Shown here piece after piece: positions 26,870 to 35,102 of a DNA stretch of 64,000 bases. The notes beneath the pieces are model-generated. The model saw only the letters and a list, made by a program, of their open reading frames with translations. It had not been told where the DNA came from and searched no databases. Numbering within the stretch: position 1 is the first letter of the stretch; every line of letters starts with the position of its first letter. The DNA comes from a bacterium (GTDB lineage: Bacteria; Patescibacteriota; Minisyncoccia; Phycocordibacterales; UBA2100). The stretch is taken from assembly GCA_016789445.1 (NCBI GenBank), contig JAEUQT010000001.1:67603-131602 (forward strand). Reading direction: 5' to 3'. The position numbers were made by a program, and so were the translations under genes.

Positions 26870-27762
26870 TCGGCAAGCTGCCACGACTTCCCTTTCTTGA
26901 TGAGAAGCCCTTCGGCTTCCATCGCCCGAAGCACCTGCTCGATACGGTAGGTGTTTTTGGTTTGTTCGCGCACGAGTGCCGATTCAGCAATAGGCCCGTC
27001 CATCAAACGACGCAGGAGCTGTCCCCGAAGCTGGCGTTGCGACCCTTCGAATTTCGATTGCACCGTGTGGTGCTTGCTTCTGCGCGACGGGTTCGGGTGC
27101 GCTTTTTTGACATGGGAGCCGTAGTCCATGAATGCTGCATACCATTCGCGCGGTGATTCGGCATGAAGGATGAGTTTCCTGAGGATGGGCATAAGCTTCG
27201 TGTCCGGCACGTTCTTCGATCGAGGGAAGAAATGATGCAGCAGCGCGGCGCGGATATTCGTCTCGATGAACACCTCCGGCTCATCGAATGCAAAAGCACG
27301 GATCGCCCCTGCGGTATACGGGCCGATGGCAGGCAGCGCGACAAGCTTCTCGCGATCCTTCGGGACTTTGCCGCTATGCTTCTCGACGATCGCCTTCGCA
27401 CACTCGCGCAGCAGTTTCCCACGGCGGTTGTAGCCGAGCCCCTGCCACTCCTTCAAGACGCTGGGAAGCGATGCGGATGCGAGTGCTTGAGGGGTCGGGA
27501 ATTTCCGCATCCAGCGCTCGAAATACGGCTTCACGCGATTAACCTGCGTCTGTTGCAGCATGATCTCTGAGACGAGTATCGCGTACGGATCGCGCGTGCG
27601 GCGCCACGGCAGATCATGTCTCCCATATGCCTTCCAATACCCCACCACCAATGAGTGGAAGGCGGCGACCCGTGCGTTTTCATGCTTCTTCGCAGCGCGA
27701 CGGCGCGAGGAGGAATGAATTTTCAGCAGAAAATTACATGACCCCGAAAATGTGCGGGGCAC
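26866..27762 (-). CDS. HhH-GPD superfamily DNA glycosylase (MutY/Nth-like fold, no Fe-S cluster motif)
   Basis: LPWRRTRDPYAILVSEIMLQQTQVNRV and GLGYNRRGKLL match the HhH-GPD signature. No Cys residues at the C-terminus. Confidence 0.8.
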   Translation of the reverse strand: MPRTFSGSCNFLLKIHSSSRRRAAKKHENARVAAFHSLVVGYWKAYGRHDLPWRRTRDPYAILVSEIMLQQTQVNRVKPYFERWMRKFPTPQALASASLPSVLKEWQGLGYNRRGKLLRECAKAIVEKHSGKVPKDREKLVALPAIGPYTAGAIRAFAFDEPEVFIETNIRAALLHHFFPRSKNVPDTKLMPILRKLILHAESPREWYAAFMDYGSHVKKAHPNPSRRSKHHTVQSKFEGSQRQLRGQLLRRLMDGPIAESALVREQTKNTYRIEQVLRAMEAEGLLIKKGKSWQLAD

Positions 27763-27765
27763 AGA

Positions 27766-28473
27766 CTAGAGCTCATAAATCACATCCTTCCTCTCTACGA
27801 CGACCTTCCAGCCCACCCTTTTGGCGTGCTTATAGAGCTTGGCGTTCGGGTTGAAACAGATAGGTCGGGCGACGAGTTCAAGGAACGGGATATCCGATTC
27901 CGTATCCCCCACACCCACCGAACCATCCAAAGTGAGATCGTGCTTCTCGACGGCGCGCTTTACGATCGCCGCCTTATTGAATATGAGATGCGCGTCCATG
28001 ACTTCCCCCGTGAATGCGTCCGTGGGACCGATCTCATACATCGTGCCGTATACCTTGTCGAAGCCAAGGTGCGGACAGAACTTGTCGAGGATGCTCTTCG
28101 GAGAGTGCGACACCGCGAGGAGGAAATAACCGTCCTGCTTGAGCTGCTTCAGGAGATCGCGCGTATAGGTATACACGCGGCGCCAGTGCTCCTCGACGAC
28201 ATATTCGGCGACATCGGAAAGGACGCGATACTGCATGCCTTTCAAATGCTTGTAGAACGAGCTGACGACCGCTTGGATGTAGGCGTCGTAATCCCCTTCG
28301 CGGTTGAGCCACTTCTCCTTTTCCGCATCGAATTCATCGCGTGCACTTTCCGGAAACGCGCCGACGAAGATGAGCCGGTCCACCACCTCGATGAGGAGCG
28401 ACGAGCGGAATATCGTGCCATCAACATCAAAAACCGCAACTCGCTTTTTTTCCATAGGAGCAATAATACCCAT
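27766..28473 (-). CDS. HAD superfamily hydrolase (subfamily IB, phosphoserine phosphatase-like)
   Basis: Motif I VAVFDVDGTIF. Motif IV GVGDTESDIPFL. Confidence 0.8.
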   Translation of the reverse strand: MGIIAPMEKKRVAVFDVDGTIFRSSLLIEVVDRLIFVGAFPESARDEFDAEKEKWLNREGDYDAYIQAVVSSFYKHLKGMQYRVLSDVAEYVVEEHWRRVYTYTRDLLKQLKQDGYFLLAVSHSPKSILDKFCPHLGFDKVYGTMYEIGPTDAFTGEVMDAHLIFNKAAIVKRAVEKHDLTLDGSVGVGDTESDIPFLELVARPICFNPNAKLYKHAKRVGWKVVVERKDVIYEL

Positions 28474-28575
28474 TCTGGGGAGTCGAAGCTATACCACAGA
28501 CGACACTGGGCAGAAATTGCCGCAGTGCTACCATTCCTTCAGAAGTCGCGCTGACAACGATGCAAGGAGGATCGC

Positions 28576-28834
28576 TATGTCAGAAATGCACCAATGCGAA
28601 ATGCGCATCGCCACTGAGGACAATATGCAGTGCGCGGGTGAGACCAATTGCAGGATCGAGCATAACGGCACGAAAGTGTATGCGTGCGATCCCTGCATTG
28701 CGACCCTTACCGGGACTCCATTCTGCTTCGAGCACGGACGTGTACATATCATGTTCCTTGGGCGCCCCGGTGTATTTGGATGCCCCGATTGCCTGCGCGA
28801 AGCGGATGCCTTACCTCAACAGGTAATGGGATGA
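28576..28834 (+). CDS. cysteine-rich small protein (86 aa, 8 Cys including CDPC and CPDC, probable Zn ribbon)
   Basis: AAGGAGG 6 nt upstream of the ATG. Terminator hairpin immediately downstream. Confidence 0.65.
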
Positions 28835-28860
28835 TTATTTGGCTCGTGGCCAATGTCAGA

Positions 28861-28891
28861 AGTCCCCGATGAAAACATCGGGGACATTCTT
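28861..28891 (+). terminator. intrinsic terminator after Cys-rich gene
   Basis: GTCCCCGATG-AAAA-CATCGGGGAC followed by ATTCTTT. Confidence 0.55.
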
Positions 28892-29006
28892 TGAGAACTC
28901 TCGGTTCTCAACGGGCGATTTCGCTTCGCTCATCACCCTGCTCTCCGACACGGGAAAACTACAGTTTTCCCGACCCCTTTCGCCTCTCGTTGGCTGAAGG
29001 CCAACG
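28890..29006 (+). repeat. structured intergenic repeat, copy A (three hairpins)
   Basis: TTGAGAACTCTCGGTTCTCAA, then CCCTGCTCTCCGACAC, then GGGAAAACTACAGTTTTCCC, then CTCGTTGGC-TGAAG-GCCAACGAG. Homologous to copies at 34429..34542 and 39985..40095. Confidence 0.7.
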
Positions 29007-29648
29007 AGATTTTGCAGGTGGCCACAGTTTTGTGAGGGGGTGCTGCGCGCAATCATGCCGGTGCGCCTTGCAGATGTAACGGCCGTAGAGCACGAGGCCG
29101 TTGTTTACGTATTTCCAGTCTTTCTCCGGCACCAACGCTTCCAGATCCTTTGATATCTTGTTGAGATCGGTATGGGTCGTCAGTTCGAATTTCCGTGCAA
29201 AACGTTTTACGTGCGTGTCCGTCGGGATTCCCGGCCAGACATCAAATAATTCCCCCACAATGACATGCGCCGTCTTATAACCGACGCCCGGTAGTTTCTG
29301 CAGCCTCGCGACATCGTTCGGTACTCTGCCGCCGTATTCTGCCTGTACCATCTTCGCCGACGCGATCACATGCTTCGCTTTCGTGCGGAAGAACGAGACT
29401 CGAGCGATTTCGCGCGCGAATTCATTCGGATCCGCGGACGCAAAATCCTTGGGTGTCTTGTATTTTGCGAAGAGCGTCTCGGTGACTTTATTTACCAGCT
29501 TATCGGTACACTGCGCCGAGAGCATCACCGCAACCACGAACTGGAATGGCGTCGTGTGATTGAGCTCACTTTTTGGTTGCGGATAGGCCTTTTTGAGGTA
29601 GCGGACGATCTTTGCGGCGCGGGCTTTTCGTTCAGCAAGACTCGTCAT
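28959..29648 (-). CDS. nth: endonuclease III-like DNA glycosylase with incomplete Fe-S ligand set
   Basis: HhH-GPD core (LPGVGYKTAHVIVGELF, DTHVKR). C-terminal CKAHRHDC-AQ-H-PLTKL-W where consensus is C-X6-C-X2-C-X5-C. The last 17 codons lie inside repeat copy A. Confidence 0.82.
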   Translation of the reverse strand: MTSLAERKARAAKIVRYLKKAYPQPKSELNHTTPFQFVVAVMLSAQCTDKLVNKVTETLFAKYKTPKDFASADPNEFAREIARVSFFRTKAKHVIASAKMVQAEYGGRVPNDVARLQKLPGVGYKTAHVIVGELFDVWPGIPTDTHVKRFARKFELTTHTDLNKISKDLEALVPEKDWKYVNNGLVLYGRYICKAHRHDCAQHPLTKLWPPAKSRWPSANERRKGSGKL

Positions 29649-29657
29649 CCGAGCATC

Positions 29658-30155
29658 TTACTGGATGGTGATCGGAATTGAAATCGAGGCAGCGTTTTCA
29701 GGCAGACCCGATGGATTGTCGTTACGCAGTATGAGGGTCGCCTTCCCTTTGTAGTTCGGGATCGAGACTTGGAAGCTGAACGGTACGAAGGCCGGCGTCA
29801 TCCACTCTCCCTGTGCCTGTACCGGACCTTCAGCGATCTTTTTGCCATTCGCGTCTTGCACTTCATACGGGAAACTCGCCTCGAAATACCACCCACCGAC
29901 GGCCTTGCCGCTCACCGTGAATGTCGACGGGACGGTCGCGCCGGGCGCCGGCATAGTCACTTGGATGCGATTGGAATCCGCATTATCGTACACCGCCACC
30001 GGCGCGGTCGGATTCTGTGTCGGCGTAGTAGTCGGCGTGGAGGTTGCCGGCTGATTAAGCCCAGGAACCTGGGGCAAGGCTTCAAATCCACCGGTGTACC
30101 AGACACCTGCTGCAAAAGCGAGCGCCGCTATGAATATGGTGAAAAGGATACGCAT
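29658..30155 (-). CDS. Gmad2/GerMN-type immunoglobulin-like domain protein, membrane-anchored
   Basis: N-terminal TM (MRILFTIFIAALAFAA), Pro/Thr linker, then FTVSGKAVGGWYFEASFPYEV pattern of Gmad2. Confidence 0.72.
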   Translation of the reverse strand: MRILFTIFIAALAFAAGVWYTGGFEALPQVPGLNQPATSTPTTTPTQNPTAPVAVYDNADSNRIQVTMPAPGATVPSTFTVSGKAVGGWYFEASFPYEVQDANGKKIAEGPVQAQGEWMTPAFVPFSFQVSIPNYKGKATLILRNDNPSGLPENAASISIPITIQ

Positions 30156-30197
30156 GGCTTCACTATACCAGACGTATGAGGTGTCGTTTGCTTTCAA

Positions 30198-31163
30198 CTA
30201 GAGCTCAGCGAGGACCTTCGCCACCTTGTCCGAATCGTGGCGTGCAAGGTCTGATTCTGACGCGAAATCGCCCAGAATGATCTCCGTCGCATAGGTCTCC
30301 AGCTCGGTCGTATCGAGCACCATCGGCTCCTTCTTCTCTTCAGCGTAGGCAGCGAGCATTGCCGGATCAGGCTTCGTGGTGTTGCAGAGAACCGCATCGA
30401 ACGATTCGATACCCATGTACGCGCAGAGTTCTTTGGCGACGGCGGAGATGGTATATCCGTTGGTCTCTCCCCACTTGGTCATAAGCGGCGCGACGAGCAC
30501 TTTCTTGGCGGTACTGGTGCGGAGGACCTCCTGCATACCTTCGACAAGGAAATTCGGCATCAGCGACGAATAGAGGTCACCCGGGCAGATCACGATGACG
30601 TCGGCTTCTTCGATGGCCTCTGCGGTCTCATCGTAGATGCGGGCAGGCGGCTTGAGGAAGACCTCTTCGATCCTGATATTGCCATCATGCTTAGGCTCGT
30701 CGATATTCGTCTCTCCTTCGATCTCGGTGCCGTCTTCCAAGCGCGCATGCACATGCGCCTTATCGAGCGAGACCGGTAATACCTTGCCGTTGAGATCGAG
30801 AAGCTCCGAGGCCTTTTTGATTCCTTCAATATCTGAGCCGTAGATGGACGTGAGCGCCACGAGGAACAGATTCCCGAAGCTATGTCCGTGGAGTGAGGAT
30901 TTATTCCCGTTGCCGTTACCGTTCTCGAAACGGAACGCGAACAGTTTGCGGAGGATCTCCGCGCGCTTCCCTTCCGAGAGCGCGAGGAGACAGCGGCGCA
31001 CATCGCCCGGCGGGAGCACGCCGAATTCGTCCCGCAGGACACCGGTAGAGCCGCCGGAATCGAACATGGTAACGACCGCCGTGATATCCAGCGTATACAT
31101 CCTGAGGCCGCGCAGCACGACGTAACTGCCGGTGCCGCCTCCGATCGTGACGACTTTCTTCAT
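30198..31163 (-). CDS. YvcK/CofD family protein (UPF0052, gluconeogenesis factor-like)
   Basis: VVTIGGGTGSYVVLRGL and FDSGGSTG motifs. Confidence 0.85.
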   Translation of the reverse strand: MKKVVTIGGGTGSYVVLRGLRMYTLDITAVVTMFDSGGSTGVLRDEFGVLPPGDVRRCLLALSEGKRAEILRKLFAFRFENGNGNGNKSSLHGHSFGNLFLVALTSIYGSDIEGIKKASELLDLNGKVLPVSLDKAHVHARLEDGTEIEGETNIDEPKHDGNIRIEEVFLKPPARIYDETAEAIEEADVIVICPGDLYSSLMPNFLVEGMQEVLRTSTAKKVLVAPLMTKWGETNGYTISAVAKELCAYMGIESFDAVLCNTTKPDPAMLAAYAEEKKEPMVLDTTELETYATEIILGDFASESDLARHDSDKVAKVLAEL

Positions 31164-31250
31164 ACGTATCCTGAGAATAGCCGCCGCCGGAAGGCAGTGG
31201 TGATTCCTACTATAGCTGACGGATAGTCCGTACGCTACTGACCGCTTACG

Positions 31251-31637
31251 TTACGCGTCCAGGGAGTACGGATCGGCTGGCAGGAACGAGAGCGCGAAGG
31301 TGGCCATCATGATGGCGAAATCGCGCATACCGATGGGACTCAGTCCTATCTCAAAGACAAGGACAGCGAGATGCAGGCCAAGCAGGATTGCCGCCGGTCG
31401 GATATACAAACCGAGCGCAAGAAGGACTCCCATGGCGATCTCGAAACCGCCATTGAGAAGGACGATCATCTCAGCCTCGAGACCGGTGATGTTCATCGCC
31501 CACTGCGGTACCCAGCTCGTCCACGCCGATTGATCGAAGAATTGCGAGAAACCGAACCACAGGAAGAGGATCGCGAGTCCGATGCGTAGTACGAAGATAC
31601 CCCATTCAGTTCTGCGTTCCATATCACTTGACGACAC
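31251..31637 (-). CDS. DoxX family membrane protein
   Basis: 128 aa, 4 TM. GIFVLRIGLAILFLWFGFSQF typical of DoxX. Confidence 0.72.
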   Translation of the reverse strand: MSSSDMERRTEWGIFVLRIGLAILFLWFGFSQFFDQSAWTSWVPQWAMNITGLEAEMIVLLNGGFEIAMGVLLALGLYIRPAAILLGLHLAVLVFEIGLSPIGMRDFAIMMATFALSFLPADPYSLDA

Positions 31638-31642
31638 CTACC

Positions 31643-32017
31643 TTAAGATCGACTAAGATCGACTAAGATCGCGGCTTGCGCCGCGCCGCCGCCATGCTGC
31701 CCGTTGAATGCGGCGGAACCATCCTTGCCGCACAGCCCTTCGATGGCACGCTCGCCACCCGGGTGTCGCGGTATCCACGACGTGAGATCGTACACACCGC
31801 CATTGATGATGGACCAGCAATCGCTGGATGAGTTGTGTGACGCGACATCTGCAGCGCTGTAGGCAGCCTGCGCAGCATCTTCATTCGAAGGCACTGAAGG
31901 GGTTGCTGGTGCCTCGTGACCATCCTGCCAATACGCGAGTCCGCCGGTTGCAGCAATTACGGCAATACCGATGAGTGTGGGGATGAATTTGTTCTGCATG
32001 GATCCAGTATACCCCAT
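31643..32017 (-). CDS. cytochrome b5-like heme-binding domain protein, membrane-anchored
   Basis: CWSIINGGVYDLTSWIPRHPGG (HPGG heme motif) after an N-terminal TM. Confidence 0.72.
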   Translation of the reverse strand: MGYTGSMQNKFIPTLIGIAVIAATGGLAYWQDGHEAPATPSVPSNEDAAQAAYSAADVASHNSSSDCWSIINGGVYDLTSWIPRHPGGERAIEGLCGKDGSAAFNGQHGGGAAQAAILVDLSRS

Positions 32018-32602
32018 CTAGAGCGCCGCTTGCGCCAGCAGGGTGACACCGAGGATGCCGATGAAATTCATCGCATACGAGATCGGTATGAAGACGCGGG
32101 TGTCCATCTTCGAGAAGCCCATGAGCGCGAGCCCGAGCTCATCCGGGAGCGGCGATGCGATGATGATGGCTCCCGTCACAGGAAGGATCCAGTGCAGTAA
32201 CGGATGATGGCGAAGGACACGTAGACGCTGACGCAGCGAGGTCGTCAGAAGCATCATGGCATTGTCGGCGAGGGAATTGCGCACGAACATGAACAGGAAT
32301 AAATCCCCGAGCACAGCACCGGCTGCGCCGATGAGTGCGACCGTGAGCGGGGAGGATACATTCGCGATCTCCATCAAGACGACCGTCGCCGGCGCGAGCG
32401 TGAAGAGCGAGGTGAATCCCATGCCGGCAAGGAAGCTGCCCGGGACGACATGCGGCATCGAGGCAAGTACCCATGTCTCGATGGCACCGGTGAGATACAG
32501 CTCGATCGCCACATAGATGCTCACGATGATGAGGAAGAGGTTTCGCGCACGCGCGATACGCTGCGCATGCACTTCCCCGCGCGATAATTTATTACGCGAC
32601 AT
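32018..32602 (-). CDS. hypothetical polytopic membrane protein
   Basis: ORF 32018..32629 trimmed to M10 to limit overlap with uppP. 5-6 TM. Confidence 0.55.
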   Translation of the reverse strand: MSRNKLSRGEVHAQRIARARNLFLIIVSIYVAIELYLTGAIETWVLASMPHVVPGSFLAGMGFTSLFTLAPATVVLMEIANVSSPLTVALIGAAGAVLGDLFLFMFVRNSLADNAMMLLTTSLRQRLRVLRHHPLLHWILPVTGAIIIASPLPDELGLALMGFSKMDTRVFIPISYAMNFIGILGVTLLAQAAL

Positions 32603-33368
32603 AGAGATACGCGAGAACCGCGACACCAAGCACGACGCGGTACCAGCCGAAACCGGTGAACGAGTGCGTCTGCACGAGACGCATCAAGAAACGGATACCT
32701 GCATAGGCGGCGATGAACGAAACAAGGAAGCCGACCGCGAGAAGCTCCCATTCGTGCGCAGCGAACGAGCTACCGGTTTTCAGAAGATCGTATCCGGTTG
32801 CCGCAAGCATCGTCGGGATCGCCAGAAGGAACGAGAACTCGACGATCTCCTTGCGCCCGAGGCCGAGGAGCATGCCTCCCACGATGGTGGCCCCCGCGCG
32901 CGAGACGCCCGGGATGATCGCGATCGCCTGGATGCAGCCGATGACGAACGCGGTCATATACGGCATTTCCGAAAGCGGTGTCTCGACGATCGTGCGGTCC
33001 TTTCGCCAGTATTCGAAAATGATGAGTATGATACCCCCCAAAAGAAGCGTCCACGCGATTATTTCCAAGCTGTCGAAAAGGAATCCTTTCACCAACGAAT
33101 AGAGGGCGTAACCGATAAGTGCGGTGGGTATGAACGCCACACTCACCCGCTTCATCACGCAGAAGTTCAGGAAGACGCGCCGCCAGAAGATGAGGACCAC
33201 GCTCGCGATGGCTCCGAGCTGGATCGCGATGATGAAGCTCGAGAGGAACGCGCTTTCAGGGATCCGCAGGACCTGCGACGTCAGGATGAGATGGGCCGTC
33301 GATGAGATCGGGAGAAATTCGGTAAATCCCTCGACGACGCCGAGGATGATGGCTTCAAGGAAATTCAT
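32592..33368 (-). CDS. uppP: undecaprenyl-diphosphate phosphatase (BacA/UppP)
   Basis: VVEGFTEFLPISSTAHL and PGVSRAGATIVGG motifs. Confidence 0.92.
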   Translation of the reverse strand: MNFLEAIILGVVEGFTEFLPISSTAHLILTSQVLRIPESAFLSSFIIAIQLGAIASVVLIFWRRVFLNFCVMKRVSVAFIPTALIGYALYSLVKGFLFDSLEIIAWTLLLGGIILIIFEYWRKDRTIVETPLSEMPYMTAFVIGCIQAIAIIPGVSRAGATIVGGMLLGLGRKEIVEFSFLLAIPTMLAATGYDLLKTGSSFAAHEWELLAVGFLVSFIAAYAGIRFLMRLVQTHSFTGFGWYRVVLGVAVLAYLYVA

Positions 33369-33374
33369 ATCCTA

Positions 33375-33842
33375 CTACTGTACACGATGGAACGAGAGAG
33401 TGTTGCCCCGATCCAGATAGATAAGCTCGAGAGAATCTTCGTCCGCTTCCACGACCTTGAAATAGAGCTTCTCCTCTTCGCTCATGGCGAGCGAGAGATA
33501 TACCGCACCGTCTTCAATCGTCCCCGCGTATGCGGTGTCGGGTATTTCCTTGGTAAACACCATCCAGAGACCATCGGAATCCTCCTCGCCTTCATAGCCA
33601 TCCACCACGGTGCCGTCATTACGGATCTCGCGGGTGAATTTCGGATCCTCATCGGACTGCCACATCCCGATGATGTTCGACATCACCGTCGCAGCATCAC
33701 TGAGCGATCCCTGCTCATAGGGCGCAGTAACAGGATCCGCACTCCGATTAAAACCATGATCGAATCCCACGAAATATCCGACACCGCTCGCGATTATGAT
33801 TCCGCCGAGGATAAGGAGCAGTTGTTGCATACCGATAATCAT
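33375..33842 (-). CDS. hypothetical membrane-anchored protein (155 aa)
   Basis: N-terminal TM followed by an acidic soluble domain. No family recognised. Confidence 0.6.
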   Translation of the reverse strand: MIIGMQQLLLILGGIIIASGVGYFVGFDHGFNRSADPVTAPYEQGSLSDAATVMSNIIGMWQSDEDPKFTREIRNDGTVVDGYEGEEDSDGLWMVFTKEIPDTAYAGTIEDGAVYLSLAMSEEEKLYFKVVEADEDSLELIYLDRGNTLSFHRVQ

Positions 33843-33890
33843 ACTCTGCCGGTAACCTTCTGAAAAAGCAGCAGCGTGAGGCGTGGGGAA

Positions 33891-33920
33891 AAGAAAAAGG
33901 AGCCAGCCGGCTCCTTTTTC
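33891..33920. terminator. bidirectional intrinsic terminator
   Basis: AAAAAGGAGCC-AGCC-GGCTCCTTTTTC, 20 nt downstream of the 33939..34328 gene. Confidence 0.6.
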
Positions 33921-33938
33921 CTACGTATATTCGAGAGA

Positions 33939-34328
33939 TTACCAGAGGCCGAAACCCTTTCCTGCCAGATACCCGCCCATGACGATCGCCACCAAGCCGC
34001 CGGAGGTATACCACGTCGGCGTATTGAACTGGCGCATGAGGCGTCCGACTTTCGTGTACGGCATCGCAAGATAGATGATACCTTCGACTGCCATCCAGGC
34101 ACCGACAAGCGTGAGGAGGCCCTGCCAAGTTGCCGTGAAGATAGGGTGTGCGATGACGATCGCGAGACCGGCGAGAAGCTCGGCCACGCCGAGGATGAGA
34201 AGCAGCGGCCTGCTGCCGAGTATCTCCGTGAAGATCGGCATGAATGATCGCTGTCGCATCATGATGATGCCGCCGGCAATCAAGAAATACAGACCGAATA
34301 ATTTCGCAAGAAAGATGGAAAGTTCCAT
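33939..34328 (-). CDS. DoxX-like family membrane protein
   Basis: 129 aa, 4 TM, DoxX-like hydrophobic pattern. Confidence 0.68.
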   Translation of the reverse strand: MELSIFLAKLFGLYFLIAGGIIMMRQRSFMPIFTEILGSRPLLLILGVAELLAGLAIVIAHPIFTATWQGLLTLVGAWMAVEGIIYLAMPYTKVGRLMRQFNTPTWYTSGGLVAIVMGGYLAGKGFGLW

Positions 34329-34428
34329 ATCTGATAAGAGAGGTTTCCCTACCGTTTAATGAGCGAATTGTAACGTATCTAGCGGACCACAATGCTCGCT
34401 TCGCCGTGCAACGGGGATAACTTAAAAC

Positions 34429-34542
34429 TTGAGAACCCTCGGTTCTCAACGGAGAACTTCGCTTTGCTCGTTCCCCTGCTCTCCGACACGGGGAACCGGC
34501 CGCGGTTCCCCGACCCCCTCCGCGATTCGTCTAAGACGAATC
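34429..34542 (+). repeat. structured intergenic repeat, copy B
   Basis: TTGAGAACCCTCGGTTCTCAA, CCCTGCTCTCCGACAC, GGGGAACCGGCCGCGGTTCCCC (compensatory version of hairpin 2), GATTCGTCT-TAAG-ACGAATC. Confidence 0.7.
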
Positions 34543-35101
34543 ATTTCCCCGCCTGCCACGCACCGATCGCATCGATGGGATGGATGAGCTGGATTACATT
34601 GAGCGCGAGCGAATCGCGGATGAAATAGAGCGCGACAAGCTCGAGAGCGATGACAAGTGCGATCGAGGCCCGCGTCGGCAGTTTCCATGTTAGGAGGAAA
34701 CCGATGATGACGGAGATGATATCTCCCACCGAATTGACGATACTGTCGCCGAAATAACCTTGTGCGAGCGCCTGCTCGCGATACCGATCGATGACCATGT
34801 CGGTATTCTCGAACAACTCCCATCCCATTTCTATCCCGATCGCGAGCATGAGGCGGATACCAAGCGGGATACGCGGAAAGAAGTACGTAAGGAGCGCGTA
34901 GAAAAGGACGCCGTGGATGATATGCGAGAGCGAATACCAGTCGCTCACGTGTTGCGAATTGCCGTCGCTGAGCACGACACCGTGCCAGAATTTGATGTAT
35001 CCGCCGGAATACATGAGCGGCTGCCCCATGTACCACAAAAGCCCTGCATGCAGAAGAATAAGTCCCAGAACACCCGCAATTACAAGAAGGATATTTCGCA
35101 T
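34541..35101 (-). CDS. polytopic membrane protein (DUF2585/UPF0314-like)
   Basis: 186 aa, 5 TM. Tightly linked to the upstream DsbD-like gene. Confidence 0.65.
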   Translation of the reverse strand: MRNILLVIAGVLGLILLHAGLLWYMGQPLMYSGGYIKFWHGVVLSDGNSQHVSDWYSLSHIIHGVLFYALLTYFFPRIPLGIRLMLAIGIEMGWELFENTDMVIDRYREQALAQGYFGDSIVNSVGDIISVIIGFLLTWKLPTRASIALVIALELVALYFIRDSLALNVIQLIHPIDAIGAWQAGK

Positions 35102-35102
35102 A

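Noticed and set aside
27826-28554. 242-aa plus-strand ORF antisense to the HAD hydrolase gene
   Set aside because: The HAD motifs (DxDGT, GDxxxD) are on the minus strand. The plus ORF has no family features.
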